Virus record (IMG/VR): IMGVR_UViG_3300043411_001170
Coordinates: 64,001-128,000 of that record
Length of the DNA stretch: 64,000 nt
Direction: 5' to 3' (one strand)
Source: a virus
Shown: one piece after another, positions 40,007-50,055 of the stretch
Layout: each line of letters starts with the position of its first letter
How positions within the stretch are numbered: position 1 is the first letter of the stretch
Program-made: the position numbers and the translations under genes
The notes under the pieces: generated by a model
Seen by the model: only the letters and a program-made list of their open reading frames with translations
Told to the model about the DNA's origin: nothing
Databases searched by the model: none

Positions 40007-40650
40007 TGAGTTATGAAAAGGATAGTAATATGACTGGTTTTCAGCAAAGATTTAATAAAAATGCTCCTCAATCTGGACATTCTGGACAGGGAGATCCTTC
40101 CGTTAGACGTATGAGGGCAACGGTAACTTTCCATTTAGGGGCAGCTAACACAAAAATTAACAAGGATCAGATTGTTGGGTGGGACGGATATAGCTTGTAT
40201 ATGGGAAGTAGGGTTGTAGAAATGCAGGGTATTGACGGAGCCATTTTAAAGAAATGGCTAGTAGATCTTGATGACGATTATGAGTATTCTCCAGCCCCAG
40301 CAAAGATGTCTAAAGATAACCCAATCAAATTTGCAACTGAAGATAATATCGAAGCAGAAATGAAGATTGAGAAAAATGGATCTTTGACACCAAAGAAACT
40401 TCCTAACGGGATGACAATTCAACCCTCTCAACAAAGAACCTCTCAAATGTCTAAGGTTGCTTCTCAGCAACAACGTGTCGGAGGTTTTAGTATTGAACAG
40501 GAACATACCGTTCCTGTTATGCAGATTTCTAAAGACTCTAAGGGTGTGTCCTCTGCTACACCTTTACAAGCTCAAAAATCATCGGCACCTACATCGAAAG
40601 CTAAAAAGGGATTTCGTTTAGGTTCTGTCGGTATTGAGGATGAAGGTTAA
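40006..40650 (+). CDS. Hypothetical virion-associated protein
   Basis: Small beta domain then a disordered tail; KFAT and KVAS motifs. Confidence 0.6.
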   Translation: MSYEKDSNMTGFQQRFNKNAPQSGHSGQGDPSVRRMRATVTFHLGAANTKINKDQIVGWDGYSLYMGSRVVEMQGIDGAILKKWLVDLDDDYEYSPAPAKMSKDNPIKFATEDNIEAEMKIEKNGSLTPKKLPNGMTIQPSQQRTSQMSKVASQQQRVGGFSIEQEHTVPVMQISKDSKGVSSATPLQAQKSSAPTSKAKKGFRLGSVGIEDEG

Positions 40651-40701
40651 TACTCAGATATGAGTATCTAAGAGTTCTGTTAATTTATAAATAAATTCCC
40701 T

Positions 40702-40734
40702 ATAAGCCCGCTATTTTGAGCGGGCTTATTTTTT
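40702..40734 (+). terminator. Intrinsic terminator
   Basis: ATAAGCCCGCT-loop-AGCGGGCTTAT plus T run. Confidence 0.85.
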
Positions 40735-40740
40735 GAGGGA

Positions 40741-41133
40741 TTGTCTATGAAAAGTCAGTTAGAAATATTTAAGATTATATTAACAAAAGACGTAACACAG
40801 ATAATTACAGAGTTGTATAAATTACAATTATATGTAAAACGAATTTTACAACTCATAGAAAATTTAGACGAGAAAGAAAAAGAAAAAATATATCAAGTCG
40901 CAGGTGATCTTGTAGATGCCGTACCAAATTCCTTAAGGAAGATGGATATCTTACTTTCTAAGATACTATACGCCTTAAATATAATTTGGAGGAAAGAATT
41001 AAAAGTGTCTCTTCCGTTTGATGAAAGGTCAGAAGTTGAAAATTTAATCACTCCGTCCAAGGAAGTAGACATAGGAAAGATTAAGAAGACAGCGAAAAAA
41101 ATTGCGAACCTGTTAATTAATCGTGGCAAATAA
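40741..41133 (+). CDS. Hypothetical helical protein
   Basis: 130 aa; C-terminal KKTAKKIAN. Confidence 0.6.
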   Translation: MSMKSQLEIFKIILTKDVTQIITELYKLQLYVKRILQLIENLDEKEKEKIYQVAGDLVDAVPNSLRKMDILLSKILYALNIIWRKELKVSLPFDERSEVENLITPSKEVDIGKIKKTAKKIANLLINRGK

Positions 41134-41145
41134 GAGGATCGAGAG

Positions 41146-42435
41146 ATGAGAAATCCATTTGAATCCTTCTTATTAAGTATGTTGGTTGATCCTCGTATCA
41201 ATGACGGTACACTCGTACAGAACTACGATTTTAGTCATAATGAATTAAGAAACGAATTATTAATGACCAATGATTTATTTCCTTATGAATCGGAAACACC
41301 TCCAAATACTTATCAAAAGTCATACGGAAATTTAGCTTATAATTTTCCTATAGCTGGTGACGGTTTTCCAAATAAAAAAGAATATACAAATGATGAATAT
41401 CCTTCCAGAAGTTTTGCTGTTCCAGGTGACTTATATGGCCATCCTGTAAATTACAGTGCCGAATATAGCTCTGCCTCTTTATCTCCATTTCTTAGTGATC
41501 GATATGTTCCGTCTTTTACAAAAAAAGCTGCTATTAATTTAATTTCAAAATTAGCGATGAGAAACAGTGAGAATTTATTCTTTGAGAGAGTTGAATCTGG
41601 ATCTAGAAATGACTGGTGGACTGAGAGGTACTTTGGTAAAGGAAGTGATGGTCCTTTTATTAATGTAGACTACAATGATTATTATAATAAAAATGTTCCT
41701 GGTGGATCTGATTTAAGTTTACCTGATTTAATTATAGATTCATCACAAACAAGCAAAGTGATCCCAGATCATTACGATTATTTTATTAACAAACAAGCTG
41801 CTCAGGTTTTATACAGATCTCTTAATTTTATCCAAAACCCAAAAAGAAAATATTTAACAATGATGGATGTACTTAATTTTACCCAACAGAAGGTAAGATT
41901 AAGGGCAGTAGGTTATAGACCTCTATTTAGAAGATTTGATCCTATTTGGATGACACATCACTATACCGTTGGTGATTACGAAGTAATTCTTCAAGTAAAC
42001 TATAAAAATAGAGAAATTGAAAATCTTAATCCAGAACGCGATCCTTTTCGGGTATCATGTTCTTGTCCGTTCTGGAGATGGCAAGGACCAGAACATTGGG
42101 CTAGACGATTTCTTTATTTATATTCTGATCCAGTTGGTACGGCTTCCGTTCCTGTTATAAGAGATCCTATGAGAAGACATGGAATGTGTAAACATGTCTA
42201 TGCACTATTTAAAACAATAGTAAGTACATATAGAGCATCTAAAGGTTATAGAGAAAATAGAGGAAAAGGAAAGCCGATTGTCGATCTTGTTACTTCTCTT
42301 AATACTAGAAAAGTACCTACTATTACTAAAAAACCAACTGTAAAGAAAATTCCAAAATCAGATGTTAATAACGATAATAAAGAATTGGATAAGCCCTTTA
42401 ATAATTTAACTATTCCAGAAAAGAAAAAGAGATAA
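41146..42435 (+). CDS. SWIM-type zinc finger protein
   Basis: VSCSCPFW...MCKHV (CxC...CxH). Confidence 0.7.
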   Translation: MRNPFESFLLSMLVDPRINDGTLVQNYDFSHNELRNELLMTNDLFPYESETPPNTYQKSYGNLAYNFPIAGDGFPNKKEYTNDEYPSRSFAVPGDLYGHPVNYSAEYSSASLSPFLSDRYVPSFTKKAAINLISKLAMRNSENLFFERVESGSRNDWWTERYFGKGSDGPFINVDYNDYYNKNVPGGSDLSLPDLIIDSSQTSKVIPDHYDYFINKQAAQVLYRSLNFIQNPKRKYLTMMDVLNFTQQKVRLRAVGYRPLFRRFDPIWMTHHYTVGDYEVILQVNYKNREIENLNPERDPFRVSCSCPFWRWQGPEHWARRFLYLYSDPVGTASVPVIRDPMRRHGMCKHVYALFKTIVSTYRASKGYRENRGKGKPIVDLVTSLNTRKVPTITKKPTVKKIPKSDVNNDNKELDKPFNNLTIPEKKKR

Positions 42436-42440
42436 TTAGT

Positions 42441-42833
42441 ATGCCTACATATTCTTATAATTGTGATGTGTGTGAAATTGATTTTGATGCTGTCAATCGG
42501 ATTACGGAGTCAGATAAAAAAGAAAAATGTCCTAAATGTGGAAAGTTAGAATGTCCAAGAATTTTCACACCTAATGGAAATTTTATCTTAAAAGGTTCTG
42601 GATGGCCAAGTAAGGCTATGTCTATAAATAAGCAAATGACGACTGCAAATAATGAAAATAAATATAAACAACAGCAATATAAATCTATGGTTCCTACTTT
42701 AGTTCCAAATGTAGAGGGTGAAAGAGTAGAATCTTGGTCTGATGCTCAAAAATTAGCAAAAGAAAAGGGCCATGATACCTCTTCTTATGAGCCTGCCGTT
42801 CAAAAAGAACAATCTAAAAAAATCGTAACTTAA
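42441..42833 (+). CDS. FmdB-family zinc-ribbon protein
   Basis: MPTYSYNCDVC...CPKCG...FILKGSGW. Confidence 0.85.
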   Translation: MPTYSYNCDVCEIDFDAVNRITESDKKEKCPKCGKLECPRIFTPNGNFILKGSGWPSKAMSINKQMTTANNENKYKQQQYKSMVPTLVPNVEGERVESWSDAQKLAKEKGHDTSSYEPAVQKEQSKKIVT

Positions 42834-42859
42834 TATTTATTGGTATAGACGAGGTTTTT

Positions 42860-43552
42860 ATGCATTTACGAGAGAGAAAAAAGAATTATATTTACATTTT
42901 AGTCCCTGCAATGGAAAACGTTATAGGATGGAGAATATTAGCTCACCGAACTCTAACGTTATGCCATACTACTCCTGTTAATATTGGTGAATATCGGATA
43001 GATCAGGGATTTATTTCTAGCTCTATGCGTAAATATAGTCGGGGTTTTGAAGGTACAAACCTGACAAAAGGTTATTCAAGAATTCTTATTAATATAGAAG
43101 ATCCAGAAATTTCTCAAGGTAGAGCAGAAATTCCTCTCGATGACAAATACTTATTTTTAAAGTTACAACCATTAATGTCTACAACAGGAACATACGCTAC
43201 TTATTTTACAAATATCTTAATTATCCCTACGGTAGAAACTTTTAGTAGAGAATTACCTTATATTATGGTTGGTGGCTCGGCTCCAGGAATTACGGCAGTA
43301 GCAGATGTACCTCCTTCTGAAAGCTTTATGAAGGTGTCATTACCTAGACAATCTATTTTCTTTTCTGTGTCCAATTCATCAACAACAGAACCTCTTTTAG
43401 TTTCTTTTGATAAAGGTGCTCCAGCAGTATCTCTCCCTCCAGGGTATGAGTCCAGTACAACAGACGCTGGTGTATCTGATTTTTATGTTGCATCTACAAC
43501 AGGTAATACAGTTCCTTTCATTGTAAACGCTTCAATGAGAGGAGTTCGATAA
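42860..43552 (+). CDS. Putative virion structural protein
   Basis: 230 aa beta-rich, GAGGT RBS. Confidence 0.55.
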   Translation: MHLRERKKNYIYILVPAMENVIGWRILAHRTLTLCHTTPVNIGEYRIDQGFISSSMRKYSRGFEGTNLTKGYSRILINIEDPEISQGRAEIPLDDKYLFLKLQPLMSTTGTYATYFTNILIIPTVETFSRELPYIMVGGSAPGITAVADVPPSESFMKVSLPRQSIFFSVSNSSTTEPLLVSFDKGAPAVSLPPGYESSTTDAGVSDFYVASTTGNTVPFIVNASMRGVR

Positions 43553-43731
43553 ATAAACAATTAATAATTAACTATATTGTTGGGATTGTCCCCATAATTC
43601 TTTTATAAAAATTAAAAAAGAGCGAATACTTTTTTGAGGCTATTTGCTTCTCTAAACGATATCACCTTAAAAACTTGATAGATTGTCTTTATAGAGGCTA
43701 TAAAATAGCAGTCTACCAATGGAGCCATTAA

Positions 43732-44406
43732 ATGCCTACTTTAACACAGACCGCACACGTTCACATGAAAAGAACCGATATCCCAAATAAGGTTCTTCAA
43801 TTAACTGACTTGTTTCCTCACACCTCTCTAAGCAACACTGTAAACCTTCCTCCTGGCCAAACTCGTTATCTCAAGAGAGCATCGACAGTTTGGAGTACCG
43901 TAGCCACAAGTGGTGCCAATCCTATCGTTACTGTAAATGCTTATCAAGGATTGGCTGCCTATCTTCTTGATAATATCGAAGCTGGTGGTGGCACTTTGGC
44001 ATTTACGGCTGCTCAAGCAAATGCAGCAGCAACAGCATTGTTAGCGATTGCTGATGCAGGAACTGCTCTTACCCTTACAACAATCAATGCTGCTTTGGCA
44101 GTTGTAGTTGCAGCAACCACACTAACAACAAACGGATCTACAGGTACAGTTTTGGAAGTCCTACAGATTATTGGTGGACGTATCTACACTGTTCCTGCCG
44201 CTGCTGTTATTGAAGCTGCTGGTGCAAAGTCTACCAGAAAAGGATCTTTTGACGACACCTATTTCAAGCCTCTCGTTCGTGGTGGCGTTTTTGAAGATTC
44301 TTTGTTATCTGGACAAGTATCTAAATTGAAGTTAGCTACTTTTAGATACAAGAATACAAATGGTGCTGCTATCGTTGTTTATGACGACGAAGGTAATGTC
44401 ATTTAA
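43732..44406 (+). CDS. Abundant virion structural protein, paralog A
   Basis: Ala/Thr-rich; nearly colinear with 44653-45678. Confidence 0.75.
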   Translation: MPTLTQTAHVHMKRTDIPNKVLQLTDLFPHTSLSNTVNLPPGQTRYLKRASTVWSTVATSGANPIVTVNAYQGLAAYLLDNIEAGGGTLAFTAAQANAAATALLAIADAGTALTLTTINAALAVVVAATTLTTNGSTGTVLEVLQIIGGRIYTVPAAAVIEAAGAKSTRKGSFDDTYFKPLVRGGVFEDSLLSGQVSKLKLATFRYKNTNGAAIVVYDDEGNVI

Positions 44407-44516
44407 TGTCGAAATAACCTGCGTTGTTGGCCCGTGATTGGCCTAATTTAATAGGTTCTTTAAAAATTAAACAGTGATGTTCTCTCTCACATTGCCGTTT
44501 AATAATTACTAAAAAT

Positions 44517-44553
44517 AATAAGAAAAGCCCCCTGATCGGGGCTTTTCTTATTT
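44517..44553 (+). terminator. Intrinsic terminator (possibly bidirectional)
   Basis: AATAAGAAAAGCCCC-ctgatc-GGGGCTTTTCTTATT. Confidence 0.85.
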
Positions 44554-44652
44554 AAGGTCATTAATTTTTTAATATTATTTGAATTTTAGTTATAGTCTTT
44601 TGTCTATTTGTGTCTTGTCTTTTAACATCTAACTTGAAGATATAGAGAAAAT

Positions 44653-45678
44653 ATGCCTACTTTAACACAGACAGCCCACCTTCACGTCAAAAGAACAGAT
44701 ATTCCTGCTAAAGTTCTTCAATTAAATGATCTTTTCCCACACACTTCATTAAGTAACACTGTAAATCTCCCTCCCGGTCAAACACGTTACCTTAAAAGAG
44801 CGTCATCGGTTTGGAATACTGTAGCTACTACAGGTACAAACCCTATTATTACAGCCGCAGAGTATCAAGGTCTTGCAGCGTACCTAATTGATAATTTAGT
44901 TTCTGGTGGCGGTACTTCTCCAGTACAAGCAACAGCTACAATTACTGTTACTGCTGTCCCTGTTGTTGGAACAATCACCATTGGAGGTGTTGTTTTAACA
45001 GCAGCCGCAGGAGCCAGAACTCCTGGAAATGATGACTTTGATGGTACTTTAGGAACTACAGATCTAGTGGCTGCTGAAATTGTAGCAGCTATTAATGATG
45101 TTGCAAACGGATTTGACGCTATTGTTACTGCCGCCGCAGTCGGAAGCATCGTTACTATTACAGCCGTTCCTATCGGTGTTCTCGGTAATGCTATTACTTT
45201 AACTGAAACTTCTGGTCAAATCACAATTTCTGGTGCTTTATTGACAGGTGGCGTTAGCACAGGTACTGGAGCATTGACAGCAGCAAATGCAAATGCAGCA
45301 TCAGCAGCATTATTAGCGATTGCTGATGCAGGAACTGCCCTTACTTTATCTGCTGTAAATGCTGCTATTGCAGGTGTTGTAGCAGGTACTTCTTTAACAG
45401 GTGGCGGATCTACTGGATCTCTACTAACCCTTCTTCAAGTCATTGGCGGTAGAATCTATACTGTTCCTTCACAGTCTATTATTGAGGCTGCCAGCGCAAA
45501 ATCAACTGCTAAAGGAAGTTTGGATACTAGTTATTATAAACACACTGTTCGTGGCGGTGTTTTTGAAGCATCTTTACTTTACGGACAAGTATCCAAGTTA
45601 AAGTTATCTACTTTTAGATATAAGAATACAAATGGTGCAGCCCTTGTAGTATATGATGATGATGGCAATGTTATCTAA
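44653..45678 (+). CDS. Virion structural protein, paralog B with a 117-aa beta-domain insertion
   Basis: Identical start MPTLTQTAH and near-identical C-terminus to paralog A; insertion after GGGT. Confidence 0.8.
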   Translation: MPTLTQTAHLHVKRTDIPAKVLQLNDLFPHTSLSNTVNLPPGQTRYLKRASSVWNTVATTGTNPIITAAEYQGLAAYLIDNLVSGGGTSPVQATATITVTAVPVVGTITIGGVVLTAAAGARTPGNDDFDGTLGTTDLVAAEIVAAINDVANGFDAIVTAAAVGSIVTITAVPIGVLGNAITLTETSGQITISGALLTGGVSTGTGALTAANANAASAALLAIADAGTALTLSAVNAAIAGVVAGTSLTGGGSTGSLLTLLQVIGGRIYTVPSQSIIEAASAKSTAKGSLDTSYYKHTVRGGVFEASLLYGQVSKLKLSTFRYKNTNGAALVVYDDDGNVI

Positions 45679-45737
45679 TAGAAATAAAAGTATATTCTAT
45701 TAATAGAACACATTAATAGGGTACATTTAAATAGGAT

Positions 45738-45770
45738 AAAACCTCTAAGATAGACCTTAGAGGTTTTTTA
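45738..45770 (+). terminator. Intrinsic terminator
   Basis: AAAACCTCTAAG-atagac-CTTAGAGGTTTT. Confidence 0.85.
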
Positions 45771-45783
45771 TTATGGTGTTAAC

Positions 45784-46683
45784 ATGCCAATAAAATTCTT
45801 TCCCGGTAAAGTTGTTCAAGAAGGAGACTTAACCGTATCCTTTATGGACTCAGAGGGAAACTCTACAAATGTGTACAGTATAGTATACAATTTATATTAT
45901 GCCGATCCAGGTCCACCTATAACTTATGTCCAAATAGATCCTGTTGATAGGACACCTGCGAATCCATTTTTAGGTGATTATTACGCCTCTTTTATGATTC
46001 CTCCAGGAGCAACACTTGGAAATTATCAGATAAGATGGACATTTCAACAGAACTCATCAGACCCACCAGCAGAAATAATACAAGAATTTGAAGTAGTATC
46101 TTCAGACACTCAGTTAGTAACTTATACTACTTGTGAAGCCGATTTAATAAGACAACTAAGAATATTTCTACGAGATAATAACCCAGATAGAAATTATCAT
46201 TTTAGACCTCCCGAACACGAAGGTAGAATAGGTAACTATAATAGGGTATTTGGATATGTATGGGAAGATGAAGAATTGAAACAATACTTATTATGGGGAC
46301 TATATTGGTGGAATAGCCAGCCACCAAATACATCAGGTATTTGTTCGTTGGAAGCGATCTGTAATACACACCCCTATTGGATTACAAATATTTTATGGGC
46401 AGCATCAGTACATGCTCTATATGCTTTATCAATTAATTGGATGCACGATGAATTTGATTATTCTATTGGAGGTGTTTCTCTAAGTTTAGAAAAATCATCA
46501 AAATATCAGAGTGCAAGACAAGAAGCCGAGGCTATGTTAGATAAAGCTACTCAAGCTAAAAAAGATACTGTAAGATTTATTAGAGGACTTAAACAGCATA
46601 GATATTCTCAGGGCGTTAGAAGTTCTTTTGGACCTGCTCTTGGTAAGGGAATATTGAGTCCTAGAAGTTTTATCGGATATTAA
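45784..46683 (+). CDS. Putative head-tail adaptor (neck) protein with an N-terminal Ig-like domain
   Basis: GDYYA...GNYQIRW Ig-like; LIRQLRIFLRD, WEDEEL, FDYSIGGVSLS adaptor-like. Confidence 0.6.
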   Translation: MPIKFFPGKVVQEGDLTVSFMDSEGNSTNVYSIVYNLYYADPGPPITYVQIDPVDRTPANPFLGDYYASFMIPPGATLGNYQIRWTFQQNSSDPPAEIIQEFEVVSSDTQLVTYTTCEADLIRQLRIFLRDNNPDRNYHFRPPEHEGRIGNYNRVFGYVWEDEELKQYLLWGLYWWNSQPPNTSGICSLEAICNTHPYWITNILWAASVHALYALSINWMHDEFDYSIGGVSLSLEKSSKYQSARQEAEAMLDKATQAKKDTVRFIRGLKQHRYSQGVRSSFGPALGKGILSPRSFIGY

Positions 46684-46745
46684 ATTTAATAAAAAACAAT
46701 TATAGCCAATAACTATTTCTAAACTATAACATATAGGACTTATAT

Positions 46746-48224
46746 ATGACAGACAAATTCGCAAAAAGAAAAGAAACAGTGGACAGTGCTAGATATGAAA
46801 AAGATATCAGTGCAAGAGACTCTTACAGTAAAGAACAACTAGCTCTTTTTAGAGAACTTTATCCTATATTTAAAATTTCTAGTAAAAGCGTAGTAAATAT
46901 TAAAAATGATAAAGAAAAAGTTAAAATATTAAAAGAAGTATTAGTCACAGAATCTGAGGTCACAGATTTTCTTGAATCTTATCCAGAAACTAATAGAGAT
47001 AGCTTGCTGAAACTAGGTGTAGCTGTAGCATTGGGGAAAAATATAGCTAAAGTTGAGTCTCTTGCTATATCTGTTTTCAACGATATCTACGTAACAAAAG
47101 AAATCTCTTCTGATACTCAGCAGCTAAAAAATAAACTTCCTGAACAAGTATTGGAGTTTTTACCAGATAAAATAACAATAAAAACAGATCCAGATGGCGT
47201 CATTAACGAGATAACAAATAGATTTCAAGAACAGTATGAAACTATTGGAAAGAAAATAGATCTTCAGAAGAAGATCTTATCTAAATACAACGACATCTCA
47301 GCTAAAATTAAAAAAGACCTCAATAGTGAAGATGAACAGACGAAATTAGCTGCTCTCATAATGGCTATTATTATGGAGACTGGAATTAGACCAGGAAAAC
47401 CAGGAACGTCTTCAAAAAAGAAGAGTAAAGATGGTACGTCCATTGATACTTTTGGTGCTACCACTTTAACACCTGATCACATTTCTTTTTTGAAAGATAG
47501 TGAAGTGGAGTTAACATTTCCAGGTAAAAGTGGAACGATTAATGTAGCATCTATTCAAAATAAAGATTTGATTACTATCTTAAAAAGATATGTGGAACAT
47601 ACACAAAGTTTAATTACAGGAGAAGAAGGATCTGCCCCGAGATCTGTGTTTACAACAAGTGATGGAAAAACTCTTTCTCAAGATTTCTTAAGACGTTATG
47701 TAAAAAAACTCGGTGTACAGGGACTACGTCCTACAGATTTTAGAAAATTGAGATCTACACAGGCTGTTCTTAATAGTCTAAATTCTCAACTAGAGGGTTT
47801 ATATAATAGAATCTCTCAAGCAATTAGTAATCAGACTGAAAATCTCAAAGAAAGAATCGTGGAAGAAGTAATGTCTACTGTAAAACAGGCATATAAACAT
47901 GCCGAAAAAACATTATCACATGATAATGTGAGAACAACTATCGACCATTATGTCAATCCAAGCTTATTGTTAAATTTCCTCAGTACAGGAAAAGTAGCAG
48001 ACAATCTTAAATCTGCCATCGTAGACAGTAAAACTGTTCTCAGCTTTGATCCAGAAGTATTTGTACAACAGGCTATGGCTAGAAAATCTGCTCAACCAGA
48101 TCTTGTAAAAACATCTTCGGACGGAAATAAGCGGATGATTTCTATTCTTTATAAACTTGCAAAATTAGCAAGTTCTACGAAGAAATTAATTAATTCTTCA
48201 GATCATTATTCCTTCAGGTTTTAA
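46746..48224 (+). CDS. DNA topoisomerase IB (poxvirus/bacterial-type catalytic domain)
   Basis: ETGIRPG, TFGATTL..DHI, FPGKSG, RPTDFR, LSH...HYVNP. Confidence 0.82.
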   Translation: MTDKFAKRKETVDSARYEKDISARDSYSKEQLALFRELYPIFKISSKSVVNIKNDKEKVKILKEVLVTESEVTDFLESYPETNRDSLLKLGVAVALGKNIAKVESLAISVFNDIYVTKEISSDTQQLKNKLPEQVLEFLPDKITIKTDPDGVINEITNRFQEQYETIGKKIDLQKKILSKYNDISAKIKKDLNSEDEQTKLAALIMAIIMETGIRPGKPGTSSKKKSKDGTSIDTFGATTLTPDHISFLKDSEVELTFPGKSGTINVASIQNKDLITILKRYVEHTQSLITGEEGSAPRSVFTTSDGKTLSQDFLRRYVKKLGVQGLRPTDFRKLRSTQAVLNSLNSQLEGLYNRISQAISNQTENLKERIVEEVMSTVKQAYKHAEKTLSHDNVRTTIDHYVNPSLLLNFLSTGKVADNLKSAIVDSKTVLSFDPEVFVQQAMARKSAQPDLVKTSSDGNKRMISILYKLAKLASSTKKLINSSDHYSFRF

Positions 48225-48243
48225 AAACAATGGGTTAATATAA

Positions 48244-48957
48244 ATGTTACCAGAAAAATATATTCCAATAACTGATATCAAAAACTGGATATTTAATATT
48301 AACCCGGCATATTACTACATGCCATTTTTCACTGGGTTCTTAATTATAAAACCAAATAAAGGAAGTGAGCTATGTGAATTATTATTTTATCCGAAAAGAG
48401 GATTATTATTAAGTTTTGGAAGATACATAACAGCAAACCATTGTGCAAGAATGGCTGCTAAATGGTGTTTACAGACGGATCAAAATAGATTTTTACCGTC
48501 ATCCACTGATGAAACAGAAGATGCGAAGAAAAAGCGTAGAGAAAAAAGAAAAAGAAAGAAAATAGACTTGACTGAGAGTATAGAACCTAGAGATGAATAC
48601 TCTGTATTAGGTCCAGAGACACCAGCAGAAAATTCGGCCCCCATACCTAAAATGGCATCTTCTGGTGCTCAAAGCGGTACTTTAGCCATATTTGAGGAAA
48701 TGAGGCATGGTGTAGAAAAGAAAATGATTTTTCATGAGTCAAAGACGAGTTATATTCTCATATATAGAAAAATACGAGACGAAATTCAAGTAGTTATTTC
48801 TAAATTAGAGGGAGAGGGAAATCCTAAATTGGCTACAGGAACATACACAGGTAGTCCTGTATTTGTTGTTTCTATTTTAAAGGATATGCCGAAAGTACTG
48901 GAGACTATTTCATATAGTTATTTTAGACTTCCTGTAAAAACGATTTGGAACAGCTAG
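48244..48957 (+). CDS. Hypothetical protein
   Basis: 237 aa; basic central stretch; KMASS motif. Confidence 0.6.
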   Translation: MLPEKYIPITDIKNWIFNINPAYYYMPFFTGFLIIKPNKGSELCELLFYPKRGLLLSFGRYITANHCARMAAKWCLQTDQNRFLPSSTDETEDAKKKRREKRKRKKIDLTESIEPRDEYSVLGPETPAENSAPIPKMASSGAQSGTLAIFEEMRHGVEKKMIFHESKTSYILIYRKIRDEIQVVISKLEGEGNPKLATGTYTGSPVFVVSILKDMPKVLETISYSYFRLPVKTIWNS

Positions 48958-49034
48958 AATAACTGATTTATAATTTCTGTGGGTAGAACATCTATTTTAC
49001 TTGTTTCATATTTATACAAGAAAGAGAGATTTAC

Positions 49035-49451
49035 ATGTCTACCGAACAAAAAAGGTCTTTAACTCCAGATAGTTTGAAAGTAAAAATAGAAAGAGAAAAG
49101 TCAAAGAATGATATAATGCTGTCAGCGGCATCTTTGGCTACTGCCTTAGATGAATTAAGGACAGAAAGCAATTTTAAGAAATTTCTTGATTCATCGATGA
49201 TTATTGGAATGGCAGTCTGTGATATTAATTTGAGATATGTACACACAACAAAATTATGGGAACATTTTTTTATGGGAGGTGTAAAACCTCCTTATGTTCC
49301 ATTAGTAACGGGGCGTTCGTCTAGAGATTTGCAAGGTACTAAAGGTATTGAGCCAGTTGTTTCAACTGATACAGGTAAATTATTTTGTTATTGGGAAAGA
49401 TGGAAGGATGGACTAGAAGAAGGATACACATTTTATATTGTCCACTCTTAA
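49035..49451 (+). CDS. Hypothetical protein with a PAS-like segment
   Basis: FLDSS.IIGMAVCDINLRYV...W resembles PAS N-terminal strands. Confidence 0.45.
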   Translation: MSTEQKRSLTPDSLKVKIEREKSKNDIMLSAASLATALDELRTESNFKKFLDSSMIIGMAVCDINLRYVHTTKLWEHFFMGGVKPPYVPLVTGRSSRDLQGTKGIEPVVSTDTGKLFCYWERWKDGLEEGYTFYIVHS

Positions 49452-49499
49452 TTAATAAAAGTCTAAATAAAAAATCTAAATCTATCAATAAATGTATTA

Positions 49500-50030
49500 G
49501 TGAGGTTAAAAATGGCTCAACAAAATGAAAAGTACAACGAGATGTTAAACAGCTTTCTAAAACACGTTTTAGAGGGGATAGAGAGAGTAAATAACCAATT
49601 TGATAAGATTACTGAACAATTTCAAAACTATAGAACCTATGTTCAGAATACATTTCAAGAAATAAGTCACAGTTTAGCAGATCTAAGAAGTAAGGCAAAT
49701 GACATAGATAAATATAAGAGAGATTTGGAATCTTTAGATAAAGACGTAAGTGATATCACCAAAGATTTGGTAAATATCGATTTAACTATTAAAGATCTAA
49801 CTAGAAGACTTACTTTAGTAGAAAATCAAAACACTGAAGATAAAAAAGCAGATGATACCATAAATAAAGATTACGTAACGTTGGTAGCACAAGTCAGTAT
49901 CTTAAAGGATAAGATTAAGGAATTAGAAGAACATATTAAGACTTTAAATGCTAAAGGTGGAATCGGAGGAAGTATTGGAGGTAGTGTCGGTGGTATTATA
50001 ACAGGTATCATTGTTAAGTTTCTCGGATAA
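49500..50030 (+). CDS. Coiled-coil protein with a C-terminal glycine-zipper membrane segment
   Basis: Long heptads, then GGIGGSIGGSVGGIITGIIVKFLG; likely start ATG 49512. Confidence 0.65.
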   Translation: MRLKMAQQNEKYNEMLNSFLKHVLEGIERVNNQFDKITEQFQNYRTYVQNTFQEISHSLADLRSKANDIDKYKRDLESLDKDVSDITKDLVNIDLTIKDLTRRLTLVENQNTEDKKADDTINKDYVTLVAQVSILKDKIKELEEHIKTLNAKGGIGGSIGGSVGGIITGIIVKFLG

Positions 50031-50055
50031 TTCTTTTACGTGAGGAAGTAAATAA

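Noticed and set aside
46746-48224. Tyrosine integrase / prophage interpretation
   Set aside because: LSH...Y resembles recombinases, but GIRPG, TFGATTL and FPGKSG are TopIB signatures; no att sites or host genes are seen.
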